DNA of 63,683 bases, filler included, from Barthelona sp. PAP020 (taxonomy: Eukaryota), in assembly GCA_040182905.1 (NCBI GenBank). It is 12 parts of 12 records of this genome, joined end to end, with 100 filler letters (N's around TTAATTAATTAA, not from the genome) between each part and the next. Parts side by side here need not be neighbours in the genome. Positions count along the whole stretch, not along the records: positions 32,263 to 37,484 come from JARQWU010000621.1; positions 37,585 to 42,772 come from JARQWU010000622.1; positions 42,873 to 48,031 come from JARQWU010000623.1; 9 more parts are not named here. One strand, given 5' to 3'. Positions 32,716 through 43,167 of the stretch are shown piece after piece. Both the position numbers and the translations under genes were made by a program. The notes beneath the pieces were generated by a model. It was not told the origin of the DNA and ran no database searches. It was given only the letters and a program-made list of their open reading frames with translations. The stretch's first letter is position 1, and each line of letters starts with the position of its first letter.

Positions 32716-34259
32716 TTGTTTTCCAAAACAAATATTAAGGAAGAGGATCAAGTCTTTGAAAAATGGGAATTTCACTTTGGACGAAAGGACAAAATTAAAG
32801 GCTTAAATTTCACGTTGAGTTCAAAAAAAGGTATATGAAAGCTTCACTCGACAAAATAATAAACATTTGATAAAAGCTTTTACTGTTCAAGGTTAGAGTT
32901 TGGGTTACTTGTCACTGGTCTGTTGTGCATAGATTGGTTCAGAACTCTCCTATAAAAAAACAAAAAAGAAGGTTCTTTCCCAGGGCGAAACTTATACAAA
33001 ATAGTGATATAGAGCTGTTTAGAATATTCTTTACTTGACCTCATTTATCAATCAGATAAATTCACGTTCTTTCATTGTGTTCCGAATTAAGATAATTCTG
33101 ATTGGAAACTAATTCTTTCTTTACATACAACTTGTGTAACGTTCTTATTCTTATTATAAATTATTGTATATGTATTGGATCATATTTAACAATCAGATGT
33201 ACAAGAATAGAACCTAGAACAATGTTTATTTTGTCTTTTGGGTGAAATCCGTCCGCTTTGCTACGAACACTTCTCGGTTAGAGTTTGAAGGCACTTACAA
33301 ATGAATCGTTTTGCGTGGATGGTTCAGAAAACTCTTAAAAAAAAAAAAGAAATGCTTCCGGTTTAGATGGGGCGGGTATTTAAAGAAAAGTGTAATAGTT
33401 TCCTTCAGCCCCTTGATTCACTTTAATGTCTCCACTTATGTTCTCTTTGTAGGACTTTGACATTCCTAGTCAACCTAATTTATTTGCTTATATCCTTAAT
33501 CTTTGGATTCTTACGATTACGTTTATAATTACTTGAGCTTTTCAATTTTGATACCCATTAATATCAGAAATTGCAACAAAAAACCTTAAACACATCTATA
33601 CTGTCTTTTACCTGAAATCCGTCCGCTTGATTCCAAAAGTTTTCGAAATTCTTTTAAAAAGATCTTGGAACGATAAATTAAGTTTGAATTTGAAAATTTT
33701 ATTTGATAAAGTTATTAAATACCAATAAAACTTTTCATTGTTTTTGAATAAACTTTACATCAATATGTTTTAGATCTGAAATCTTTTCACTTCTTCCTAC
33801 TGTTTGGAAAAAGATATTAGAAATAAACAGTCTCTTGAACAAGTTTTTGATTACGTATTTGTATAATCTTTTAAATTTCTGACACAGGTGTGATATTGGA
33901 AGCAATACAGTGAAAGATGCAGAAATTTATTTGCAATTGTTTTTATGGTTTTTTTTTAAGTAAATATGACAAGTGATTTGATAAAATACTGTGAATTTAC
34001 CTCAAAATTGATAAAAGAAAATTCAAGAAAGAACTCAAGTGCAAAATTTTTTTTTTTCTTTATTTGTTGCTTTAAAGAATAATTTTTGCCTTCTAAGTGT
34101 TGAAGAAAGAAATAATAATGCAAATAAATATTTTATTTCAGAAAAAACTGGAGTATTCATTGTCTTTTAAAATGTGGTTTCTGTCAAAAATTCCAATTTG
34201 AGTCATCTTGAAGATTGTCAATTTTTTCGGTATTATATTTTTTGTTATTAAAAGGAAAA

Positions 34260-35501
34260 ATGAAAGATTGGAAAGAAAATATTGATATTAATCAAGTTTG
34301 TGAATACAAATACAGCAAATGTAATATCTTTTTTGGTGTTGGTGCTATCAACAAATTTGAAGAGATTTTAAAGAGAACTGGTGCTAAAAAAGTTGGTTTT
34401 GTTACTTCTCGTGGTGCTTATCAAAAGACTGGTGCTTGGGCTGTTATTGAAAAGTTCTTAAAAGATTATGAAATTGAATACAAGTTGTACAACAAGGTTA
34501 CTGCTAATCCTGAAACCGTTCATGTTGATGAAGCTCGTGAGTTCTTTTACGGTAATGATCAATGGACTCCTGATTTCCTTTGTGGTATTGGTGGTGGTTC
34601 ACCTATTGATGCTTGTAAGGCTTTGGCTATTACCATGAAGTATCCTGAACAATCTTGTATGGACCTTTTCACTTTTAAGTTCACTCCCACTGAATCTGTT
34701 CCTGTTGTTGCCATCAATTTAACTCATGGTACTGGTACTGAATCCAATCGTTTTGCTGTTGTTTCAATTTTGGTTGATGAAAGTGGACAAGCCATGGACA
34801 TTCCTTTCAAACCTTGCATTGCTTACGATATTTCTTATCCTATTTATTCTATTGATGATCCTGCGTTATTGGTTACATTGCCTGGTAAACAAACTTTGTA
34901 CACTGCTGTTGATGCCTTGAATCACGTTACCGAAGCCTGTTCAACTCTTCTTAAGACACCTTTCTCAATTAATATTGCTCATGAGGTTGTCAACTATATT
35001 GTTGAGTATTTACCAAAGGCTGTTGCTGATTCTGAAGATTTAACCGCCAGATATTGGTTATTGTATGCCTCAATGTTGGCTGGACAAGCTTTTGATGTTT
35101 CTTTACTTCATTTAACTCATGCTCTTGAACACACCTTATCTGCTTATGTTCCAGAATTACCTCATGCCTTAGGATTATCCATGATTCTTCCCGCTGTGTT
35201 GAAACACTGTTATGATCATAACGCTGAGATTTTCGCATATGTTTATGAGAAGATTATTCCCAATCTTGAAGGAAAGGCTGGTGAAGGTGCCATGGTTGCC
35301 AAAAAGATGGAAGAATGGTTGGTGAGCGTTGGAATTACTGAAAAGCTAAAAGATTTCTTCACCAAAGAGCAAGTTGACACACTTGTTGATGCTACACACA
35401 AGACACCCGGTATGGATGGTTTGTTGGCTTTAAGTCCATTTGAGATTAATGACAATATTCTTGCAGACATTTTTGAATCGTCTTTTGAGTATATGGAATA
35501 A
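34260..35501 (+). CDS. Iron-containing alcohol dehydrogenase, Thermococcales/Clostridia-like subtype
   Basis: WKENIDINQV, GIGGGSPID, NLTHGTGTE, DALNHVTEA, LLHLTHALEH, LPHALGL. Confidence 0.92.
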   Translation: MKDWKENIDINQVCEYKYSKCNIFFGVGAINKFEEILKRTGAKKVGFVTSRGAYQKTGAWAVIEKFLKDYEIEYKLYNKVTANPETVHVDEAREFFYGNDQWTPDFLCGIGGGSPIDACKALAITMKYPEQSCMDLFTFKFTPTESVPVVAINLTHGTGTESNRFAVVSILVDESGQAMDIPFKPCIAYDISYPIYSIDDPALLVTLPGKQTLYTAVDALNHVTEACSTLLKTPFSINIAHEVVNYIVEYLPKAVADSEDLTARYWLLYASMLAGQAFDVSLLHLTHALEHTLSAYVPELPHALGLSMILPAVLKHCYDHNAEIFAYVYEKIIPNLEGKAGEGAMVAKKMEEWLVSVGITEKLKDFFTKEQVDTLVDATHKTPGMDGLLALSPFEINDNILADIFESSFEYME

Positions 35502-35797
35502 TTGCAATAAATTATTTTTGTTTTATCTTTTTTTTCATTGAGAATATAAAGGAACCAAAATTGAATTTAATTGGGTTGAGGTTTTGAATCAATTCCTTTT
35601 TGTTGAACTTTTCTTTCGTTTTTTTTTTCCATATTTATTATTCTTCTTTGAATAAGCAAATAAATAATTACATTTATTTAAAAAAAAAGATTTTAAGATA
35701 AAAAAAATTCATCTTTTTTCATTATATCGGAGGAAATTTTGTTTTGTTTGGGTGTGTATTTTATAATTTATGATATGTTACATTGAAAAACAAACAA

Positions 35798-36844
35798 ATG
35801 AGTGAAGAAACGAAAATTAAAGAATTGCCTGCATTAACTGAACAGAAAAGTGAATTATTGGCAAAAGATGAAAAAAATATTGATTTATCACTATCTATTA
35901 GTGCAGATGAAATAATAAGCAATAATAAATCTGAAATGAAAAATTTTTCAATACCTTTTTACAAAAATTATCAAATAAATGATGAATTTATTTTACCTGA
36001 CTATAAAACAGCACTTCATGAGTTTCTTTCACATAACAATGGAAAATTATCCGAAATGGCGTTACCTATTTTATCAATTGTTAATGATTTATCTCCTATT
36101 TCAAGAGATGAGATTTCGAAATTAACTAATGTTGAAAGAAGAAGAATATCACCAGTTATTGCTGTGTATGGTGCTTTGGGATTGATACAAACTTTATCAT
36201 GTTCTGAACTTAAGATTGAAAAGCATTTATCGGACAAAACAAAATTGAATGTTATCAATAAAGAGAATGTTAAACTAATGTCAAATCCAAAACCTTTTCA
36301 TTTAAAATATTTGCAGTTGAAGAAATTGAGAGAATTTCTTGAAATTGTCAATGTTCGATTAAAAGAAGCCAATAAGAACACAAAAGGAGATTTAACCGAT
36401 TTGATTCCGTTAATAGAAGTGGTTCAAGATGAAAATGGATATTTTGTTGTTGACAAAGCGATCGTAGAACAGTGTTACAAAGTTTGCAATTTTTTGCAAA
36501 AGTTTACTCCTAATTTTTACCCCTTAGTTGAAATTGATTTTGAAAATGTTAAAGATGATGATTTTCAGCTGATTGAAGTTCTTAACATGTTAATTTCACA
36601 AGTCAGTGTAGTTTCTTCCCATAAACAAGAAGAAGTTTTGGAAGAAAATGAAGAAGAAGATGAAAAAGATGAAATAAGCTCGTCATCTGACAACTTTCAA
36701 TCGTTTGATTTGCTTTTTGAAGCAATGGAGTCTGAACCTGTTCAATTACTGTTGAGTCAAAGTCAGAGGGAAATAATCAGTTCCAATGAAGATGAAGATG
36801 ATGATATTGAATTGGAATTTCTAAAAAGAGAACCTGTTTTTTAA
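35798..36844 (+). CDS. Protein with a divergent E2F/DP-like winged-helix segment and acidic tail
   Basis: ISRDEISKLTNVERRRISPVIAVYGALGLI parallels the E2F motif LGVERRRIYDIVNVLESLGLV. Confidence 0.5.
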   Translation: MSEETKIKELPALTEQKSELLAKDEKNIDLSLSISADEIISNNKSEMKNFSIPFYKNYQINDEFILPDYKTALHEFLSHNNGKLSEMALPILSIVNDLSPISRDEISKLTNVERRRISPVIAVYGALGLIQTLSCSELKIEKHLSDKTKLNVINKENVKLMSNPKPFHLKYLQLKKLREFLEIVNVRLKEANKNTKGDLTDLIPLIEVVQDENGYFVVDKAIVEQCYKVCNFLQKFTPNFYPLVEIDFENVKDDDFQLIEVLNMLISQVSVVSSHKQEEVLEENEEEDEKDEISSSSDNFQSFDLLFEAMESEPVQLLLSQSQREIISSNEDEDDDIELEFLKREPVF

Positions 36845-36974
36845 TGTTTTATGAAACAAAACAAATTACGTGTATTTATATGTATACAGGTGCAATGTTT
36901 GAAAGTTTTTTTTTTTTTTTTGAAATACGCTTCATTGTGGATTGGATTTTTCTAATATTGGAAACAAACTTTTG

Positions 36975-37181
36975 TATTGTTAAAATATCTATAACCAAAC
37001 CAAAAATTCCAATTACAGAAGCAAAAATTTCATACAATAACTTAGTCATAAAGTGGTCTGGATTTTAAGAATCTGCATGAATACAATCCACACCCCAAAT
37101 TCCCACACATACTCCACAAGCCAAATTACATAATTCTCACAGTATTCCCACTGCAAAACATGCATATTCAGTAAATAAATT
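36975..37181 (-). pseudogene. V-ATPase proteolipid c'' (VMA16/ATP6V0B) fragment with two in-frame stops
   Basis: NLFTEYACFAVGIL*ELCNLACGVCVGIWGVDCIHADS*NPDHFMTKLLYEIFASVIGIFGLVI; TGA at 37137-37139, TAA at 37065-37067. Confidence 0.75.
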
Positions 37182-37344
37182 GTGTAAACAGATATTTTTT
37201 TTGTTGCATTGAAAAATGCTCTTTATGGTATCTTCTGAAAGAATAAAAGATAAACATCATGTTATTTACTTGACACATATGTACAGGCAAGGTGTTTTTC
37301 ATTAAAAAAAAAATAATTGAAAATTCTGACTAAAAAAGATCATA

Positions 37345-37484
37345 CTATGTGTTAAAATGGATCTCATCTGCAACTTCAAAAGGTGCTGAACACATTGGAC
37401 ACCTACTATCATTTTTCAACCAAATGTTTAGACAATGTTTGTGATAAGCATGTTTACAATTACCAACAAGAATACTACATGGGT
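37345..37484 (-). CDS. RING-H2 protein C-terminus (Rbx1/Apc11-like), 5'-truncated
   Basis: PCSILVGNCKHAYHKHCLNIWLKNDSRCPMCSAPF...TAG. Not in the ORF track. Confidence 0.85.
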
Positions 37485-37596
37485 NNNNNNNNNNNNNNNN
37501 NNNNNNNNNNNNNNNNNNNNNNNNNNNNTTAATTAATTAANNNNNNNNNNNNNNNNNNNNNNNNNNNNNNNNNNNNNNNNNNNNGCAACTATACAA

Positions 37597-40524
37597 TTAA
37601 GGAAGGACTATAACTTCTGATTCAACAGGAATAAATACAGGTTCAAACAATATATTTTCATTGTCAAAGACTTTTGTTAAAATTGCTTCAAATTTGGGTA
37701 ATAATGAAGTTCCAATTTTAATTGCAATTAGCTTCAAACAAAAAGTATCAACATCTGCAGGAAATAAGGAAATTCTTTTTGATGAAATGCCTGCTCCAAC
37801 AAAATCACCAATTTCTGTAAGATTGATATCAAATTCAATGAATTCTTCGGCCGAGATGTTTGTGAATTCGATAAGGTACTCAAATTCTTCATGAAGACAA
37901 ATATGTGAAGGGTATATAAGCTTAATTTTCAACGGTTGCTGTACATTCATTTGTATAGTAGGAACATAACCATCCACCTCATGTTTTATCTGTTTTGGTT
38001 CTTTTTCAAGCTTCCAATTGAATAAAGCTATAGGATTATCAACATCATCCAATTGATCAATATTACTGCTGTGATAAGGAATTGATATCGCTTCATATTT
38101 ATTCAATTTGTATTCTTTCGAGCTAAAAATATTTGTTGAAACTCCCGGGTCAAGTAGGGAAACAGTTACTGGATGATCTTGATTGTTGAAACAACCAACT
38201 TGTGTGTATACAGTTGCGCCTTCATTTAACATTCGCTGTACTGTATTTAATTCCGTGGAGCTTATAGAACTCATTGTTTCCAAAGGATTTTTAAAGAACA
38301 AATGAAATGAGGTCATAATTTCAGAATTTAACATGTATTCTTTGCCATCATATGTAACGAAATCGTTACTGTTAGCACTGTCTTGTAATTTAATCAACGA
38401 ATTAAAATATTGATAGCGAACAGCAATAGTAGCATTTACAGGGATATCACTGGTGAAATAAACAGAATTGGACGAAGGAGCAAAAATGGGTGAATCTAAC
38501 TCGTTATTCATATGATATTCAACAGTTGCTTCAGGCAAAGATTTTCCAATAACTTCAACAGTTAACTTTCCCAAAATTTCAAATGAATCATTGTTTGAAA
38601 AGGCAGAAGACAAAAGAATATTTACACAATGATCGTTGAATACCACTGCATTTTTATCAGTATCAATTTGAATTTTAACTATGTCAGGTAATGGTAGAAT
38701 GTTGAATAAATAATCTTTTGGTAATTTGTTCAAGATATTGACATGAATTCCATTTGTCAGAATAATTTCAGCAGATTGCACTTTGACATTCATCAAGGTA
38801 CAAGTGTGGTATGTAAATTTGCTCTCGTACTTGTTCTCATCAGTTAAAATAAATTTCAAATTATGATTCACTTTTGACGTCATGTCTCTGGTAATTAAAT
38901 CAAACTTACAATCAATATGGTCAATCAAAGCGAAAAATTCCTCAAATTCAGATTGGATACTCATTGTTAACGTTACCGGTTCATTACCACTCTGTACATC
39001 CTCAAGATTATCAAATTCAATCTCAAAAAAGCAATGTTTATCAAGAACGTTGATTAATTGGCCTGTACAATTATCTAAAGAATGTTGTTGCACATGGTTA
39101 TAAAAAGTCTGAAATATAATTGCAACGTTTGGATGTAAATAAGGTGATAGTTTCTTTTTGCTTAAATATTTAAAACAAAAGCTTATATATTCAGTGGAAT
39201 CAGCGCATCGATCAAGAACACGCTCAAATGATTGAAAGAAAAGGTCATGCATGTCGTTTTCAAAGAAAGATATCATCAGTTCTTTGAACAACACAATTCC
39301 ACGAGGAATGTTAGCCTCATAATATTGATTGGCCAAGTCAAATTTAACAGCATCAGTTAATCTGGAAAGTGGAGATTTTTCCAATTCAACCAAAGATGTT
39401 TCCAGCAATGGTATGCAATCAAAATTTCTGAGAATTTCTTCTTTCTCAGCAATTATTTCTTCCTTCCTAAAAGAGCCAAAATAAATATCTTCAACCATGA
39501 AATCAGAATCGAAGTCGATATCTTGCAGTTGTTTCATCTCTTTCAACATATCAGCACATCTTTGAGAAAATAAACCAGAATTTACTTGAGCAATTTTTTT
39601 CTTTTGAAAGAAAGTCATAAAATACGCATTTACTCTGAACATCTCAACAAGTGACAGTCCTTTTATATGTAACTTTTTTGATTGTCGCATAAATTTGATG
39701 ATGTAATTATCAAAATAATTCCAATCTCGAAAAATTTCAAAAATTTCACAAAATTTTAAAATTAATATTTCCATTAAATAAAGACTTGAAGATGCATATT
39801 TTGGATATCGATTGATAACACACAGTTCCCAACAGTCTCGATACAGTTCCAATGCTCGATCATGTTGTCCAATAATTTGATGTATAACACCTAATTTAAA
39901 CAATAAATTTGCTTTCATTCGAGGAAAATATGCTTTAGCAGCTAAAGCATTGAATTCGCGAATCAAATATGATTCATAAAATGTGTGCAAATACCCTTGA
40001 ATCCATTTTTTAAATCTGTTTTGACTTTCAAAAGAGTAATGAGTTTGAAACAGAAATAGATCATCAATACTTACATCTAACTTTCTCTTCAACGCTTGAA
40101 TTCGAAAATCATCATAATAAACTGTTTTAATTGGTGAATCATCAACAATACACACAATGAAATGAAAGAAATTTGAGGAATTCGAGTAGATGAATTGATT
40201 CTTTTGATTCACAATATTATCCAAGTGAGGTATTATTTCAAGTTGTTCATTGTTTAAATAACTCCATTCATAGCATAAAATCACAATGCCCATGTATTCA
40301 GTGGTGATTTGTTTTATGAAATCTTTTTCAACATATCCAATCTGTTCACTAAACTTTGAATCTTCAAAAGTGGTGTATATTGCATCCATATCAGGCATAC
40401 TATAATTGCTATCTATGTTAATCACATTGGCAAAATCAATAATCTCATCAAAATCATTATTATTATTAATCAAACCTATTAATGGTTTCGCTACATTAGT
40501 ATAATCATGATCATAAAAAATCAT
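37597..40524 (-). CDS. TRAPPC11: TRAPPC11 (foie gras/gryzun)-like
   Basis: N-terminal alpha/beta + TPR-like region (FKLGVIHQ...ALELYRDCW) and C-terminal Ig-like DFVGAG...LIAIKIGTSLLP. Confidence 0.6.
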   Translation of the reverse strand: MIFYDHDYTNVAKPLIGLINNNNDFDEIIDFANVINIDSNYSMPDMDAIYTTFEDSKFSEQIGYVEKDFIKQITTEYMGIVILCYEWSYLNNEQLEIIPHLDNIVNQKNQFIYSNSSNFFHFIVCIVDDSPIKTVYYDDFRIQALKRKLDVSIDDLFLFQTHYSFESQNRFKKWIQGYLHTFYESYLIREFNALAAKAYFPRMKANLLFKLGVIHQIIGQHDRALELYRDCWELCVINRYPKYASSSLYLMEILILKFCEIFEIFRDWNYFDNYIIKFMRQSKKLHIKGLSLVEMFRVNAYFMTFFQKKKIAQVNSGLFSQRCADMLKEMKQLQDIDFDSDFMVEDIYFGSFRKEEIIAEKEEILRNFDCIPLLETSLVELEKSPLSRLTDAVKFDLANQYYEANIPRGIVLFKELMISFFENDMHDLFFQSFERVLDRCADSTEYISFCFKYLSKKKLSPYLHPNVAIIFQTFYNHVQQHSLDNCTGQLINVLDKHCFFEIEFDNLEDVQSGNEPVTLTMSIQSEFEEFFALIDHIDCKFDLITRDMTSKVNHNLKFILTDENKYESKFTYHTCTLMNVKVQSAEIILTNGIHVNILNKLPKDYLFNILPLPDIVKIQIDTDKNAVVFNDHCVNILLSSAFSNNDSFEILGKLTVEVIGKSLPEATVEYHMNNELDSPIFAPSSNSVYFTSDIPVNATIAVRYQYFNSLIKLQDSANSNDFVTYDGKEYMLNSEIMTSFHLFFKNPLETMSSISSTELNTVQRMLNEGATVYTQVGCFNNQDHPVTVSLLDPGVSTNIFSSKEYKLNKYEAISIPYHSSNIDQLDDVDNPIALFNWKLEKEPKQIKHEVDGYVPTIQMNVQQPLKIKLIYPSHICLHEEFEYLIEFTNISAEEFIEFDINLTEIGDFVGAGISSKRISLFPADVDTFCLKLIAIKIGTSLLPKFEAILTKVFDNENILFEPVFIPVESEVIVLP

Positions 40525-40722
40525 TTGATAGAATAATAATAATGATGAAAACAAAGAATATATTTTGATGAAAACAAGAATTTCTGTAGAATTGGTCAAT
40601 AAACTTTTATTACAAATGATTAATGAAAATTATTCGTCAAAAAGATGAAAGGCAAATGGAAAAGAGAATCTTCTACAACAAAATTTTTAGTTTATGTCAA
40701 TGATAATCAGACAAGAATAGTC

Positions 40723-42063
40723 ATGAGTTTTGTAAGTGCAAATAAACCAAGAAAAGTTATCGCTAAAAATCAGTCAGGAAAAGAAAAACGAAATGAAAGT
40801 GATGAAACATTTATGACTCGTGAAAAGAGCGCTTCTCATATTCAGCAAATGCTTGAAAAAGAGTTAGGTATTAGTTATACTGAAGAAGAAGATGATTTAG
40901 ATGTATTTTTATCTCAAAATATGGAAACTTCATCTAAAGATATGGAAGAATTGTTAGAAGAGATACAAAGAAGACGATTAGAAATGCAAGAAAATGAAAA
41001 CTTGTGTGATGATTTGATTTTTGACATTCGAAGGAATATTGATGGATTGCCTCATGATTTTCAATCTCAAGTTTCTGCTAGAAATTTAGAAGCTCCTTTT
41101 TTGACTCGCTTAGCTGTTGATGAATTTGATGAGGAAGAACCAATAAATGATGAAAAATTAGCTGTAAGACAATTTTCAAAGAACTTGCGTGTTCAAGAAA
41201 CCAGACTTTATGAGTTAGATCAGATTATTCAGAGCAAACATGATGAAATACGTGAACTAGAAGAACAAAACGCTTCCATTTATGAAAAGTATGACAGAAA
41301 AGGTAAAGCTCGTGGGTTATATTCGGGAAAACGGCCACAAAGTCGAGATACATATAGTAGGTCTAGTGACCGTTCTGATACTAGGTCTAGTAGTCGTTCT
41401 GCCAGTCGAACTTACATAAGTTTGGATAATTCGAAAGATAACAGTGGTTATAGGGCTGATTGTCTCCCTCCTCCTTTGGAAAGCTTGAAAGTTTTTGGGG
41501 CTGAAGAAGAAGAAGAAATTGCCAAACTTTTAATGCAAACTGATATTGATGAGGATGCATATGTTATTGATGATGGTACAGTTGATCAAGTTGAAGCAAT
41601 TGACAAAAAACTTGAGGAGTTTTACCAAAACTTGACAGAGGAAGAAAAAGAAATTAGAAGTTTACACACATTGAATAAAACGCTGCAAGAAGAAGAAATT
41701 ATCAAATATTCAAGGGGTCATCGAGATTATTTGACTGAAAATCGCAAAACCCGTGAAGCGACTACCAACTTGCTTGATGTTGAACGAAAGTTGAGAAAAG
41801 TTACTTTGGATACTGAAGAAATAGCTCCTGAATCAGAAATCCGTTTATTAATAAACGAACACAGAGTAGAAAAAGATACAATAGATAAACAGGATGAGGA
41901 AGTGGATGTAGAATTGGCAAAACAAAGAATTACAGATTTGAATCAGTATTTGACTCAAAGAAAGGAATATCATGATACAATGTACTATCAACCAACTGTC
42001 AACAATAATGATATCAATGATGAAATAGATGAAGAAAATAGCAACGATGAAGAAAACATGTAA
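40723..42063 (+). CDS. Coiled-coil protein, FSIP1-like
   Basis: LYELDQII, EEEEEIAKLL, VEAIDKKLEEF and DYLTENRKTRE...LLDVERKL follow the order of FSIP1 blocks. Confidence 0.5.
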   Translation: MSFVSANKPRKVIAKNQSGKEKRNESDETFMTREKSASHIQQMLEKELGISYTEEEDDLDVFLSQNMETSSKDMEELLEEIQRRRLEMQENENLCDDLIFDIRRNIDGLPHDFQSQVSARNLEAPFLTRLAVDEFDEEEPINDEKLAVRQFSKNLRVQETRLYELDQIIQSKHDEIRELEEQNASIYEKYDRKGKARGLYSGKRPQSRDTYSRSSDRSDTRSSSRSASRTYISLDNSKDNSGYRADCLPPPLESLKVFGAEEEEEIAKLLMQTDIDEDAYVIDDGTVDQVEAIDKKLEEFYQNLTEEEKEIRSLHTLNKTLQEEEIIKYSRGHRDYLTENRKTREATTNLLDVERKLRKVTLDTEEIAPESEIRLLINEHRVEKDTIDKQDEEVDVELAKQRITDLNQYLTQRKEYHDTMYYQPTVNNNDINDEIDEENSNDEENM

Positions 42064-42103
42064 ATTATGTAAAATAGGTTTTTCCCTTTTTTATTTGCTC
42101 AAG

Positions 42104-42772
42104 TTAATTTTCACTGTCCTTCAGCCTTTCAATAGCCATATCCCGTTGATCAGTAACTTTTTGAAGCATTGATTTCAACATATCATTTTCAGACTTTTTT
42201 TGTTCCACAATTTGATCCATTTGCTTCAATTGCCTTCGAATAGAATGAGACAACTGGGACAATTCATTGTCTTTGCGCGACAACTTTATTTCAAGACCTG
42301 CATTTGCTTCCTTCAACTGTAAGTATTCCTTGTAGTAATCTTTGGTGGGTGACAAAGGAACATTTGACTTTCTATTGTCCTTCATCTTTTCTTCCAAAGT
42401 TCTGATCCTCTCCTCACACAATCTTATTGTGTTGTGTTTCTCAAGCAATTCATTTTGAAGTTCTTTAACCTTTGTTTGTAAATTTGTTATTGTGTCTTTA
42501 TCACGTTGTTGTATATCTTTCATATCAATCTTTTGCTTATGAAAATAGTTTATTTGATCTTTCAACAATTCCATCTTTGATTGATGTTCATCCAAACTTA
42601 TCATATCCAAAGAATCTATATTTAATGTGTTCTCTGTTGGATTTGGTGAATTAAATGGTTCGACTAGTTTTTCGATGGGTTCTTCCAACTTTGTTACATT
42701 CCAATCTTTGAATTCCTTAAATTTTTCCAAGGTGGGTGATTCTAAATTGGAGTTGTTATTATTCATGACAAT
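42104..42772 (-). CDS. Coiled-coil protein, possibly 5'-truncated
   Basis: ORF abuts the gap; heptad repeats. Confidence 0.7.
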   Translation of the reverse strand: MVMNNNNSNLESPTLEKFKEFKDWNVTKLEEPIEKLVEPFNSPNPTENTLNIDSLDMISLDEHQSKMELLKDQINYFHKQKIDMKDIQQRDKDTITNLQTKVKELQNELLEKHNTIRLCEERIRTLEEKMKDNRKSNVPLSPTKDYYKEYLQLKEANAGLEIKLSRKDNELSQLSHSIRRQLKQMDQIVEQKKSENDMLKSMLQKVTDQRDMAIERLKDSEN

Positions 42773-42872
42773 NNNNNNNNNNNNNNNNNNNNNNNNNNNN
42801 NNNNNNNNNNNNNNNNTTAATTAATTAANNNNNNNNNNNNNNNNNNNNNNNNNNNNNNNNNNNNNNNNNNNN

Positions 42873-42972
42873 CAGCCTTACGCTCAAACTCCATTTGTTC
42901 ATCTTCAAAATCGGATACATAAGCATCAGATTCATCAGATTCAAGGATAGGATTTCTCTTAACTGGTGGCAT
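42873..42972 (-). CDS. Acidic N-terminus of a gene cut by the gap
   Basis: MPPVKRNPILESDESDAYVSDFEDEQMEFERKA; divergent from RPS10. Confidence 0.55.
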
Positions 42973-43167
42973 ATAAAATCAAAAAAAACAATAATATCAA
43001 ATTATTCCTGAAATTAAATAATGTATTTTATAAATAAAAACAGATTACAATTGATTAAAAGTGAACAAACTACAAAATAGAATTGGATTATTAAAAATGA
43101 ATTGAAAAACATAAGGAAAATTTCATTGAAAAATTTCTTCCTCCATTTTTTTTCCGTTCACCAAATC

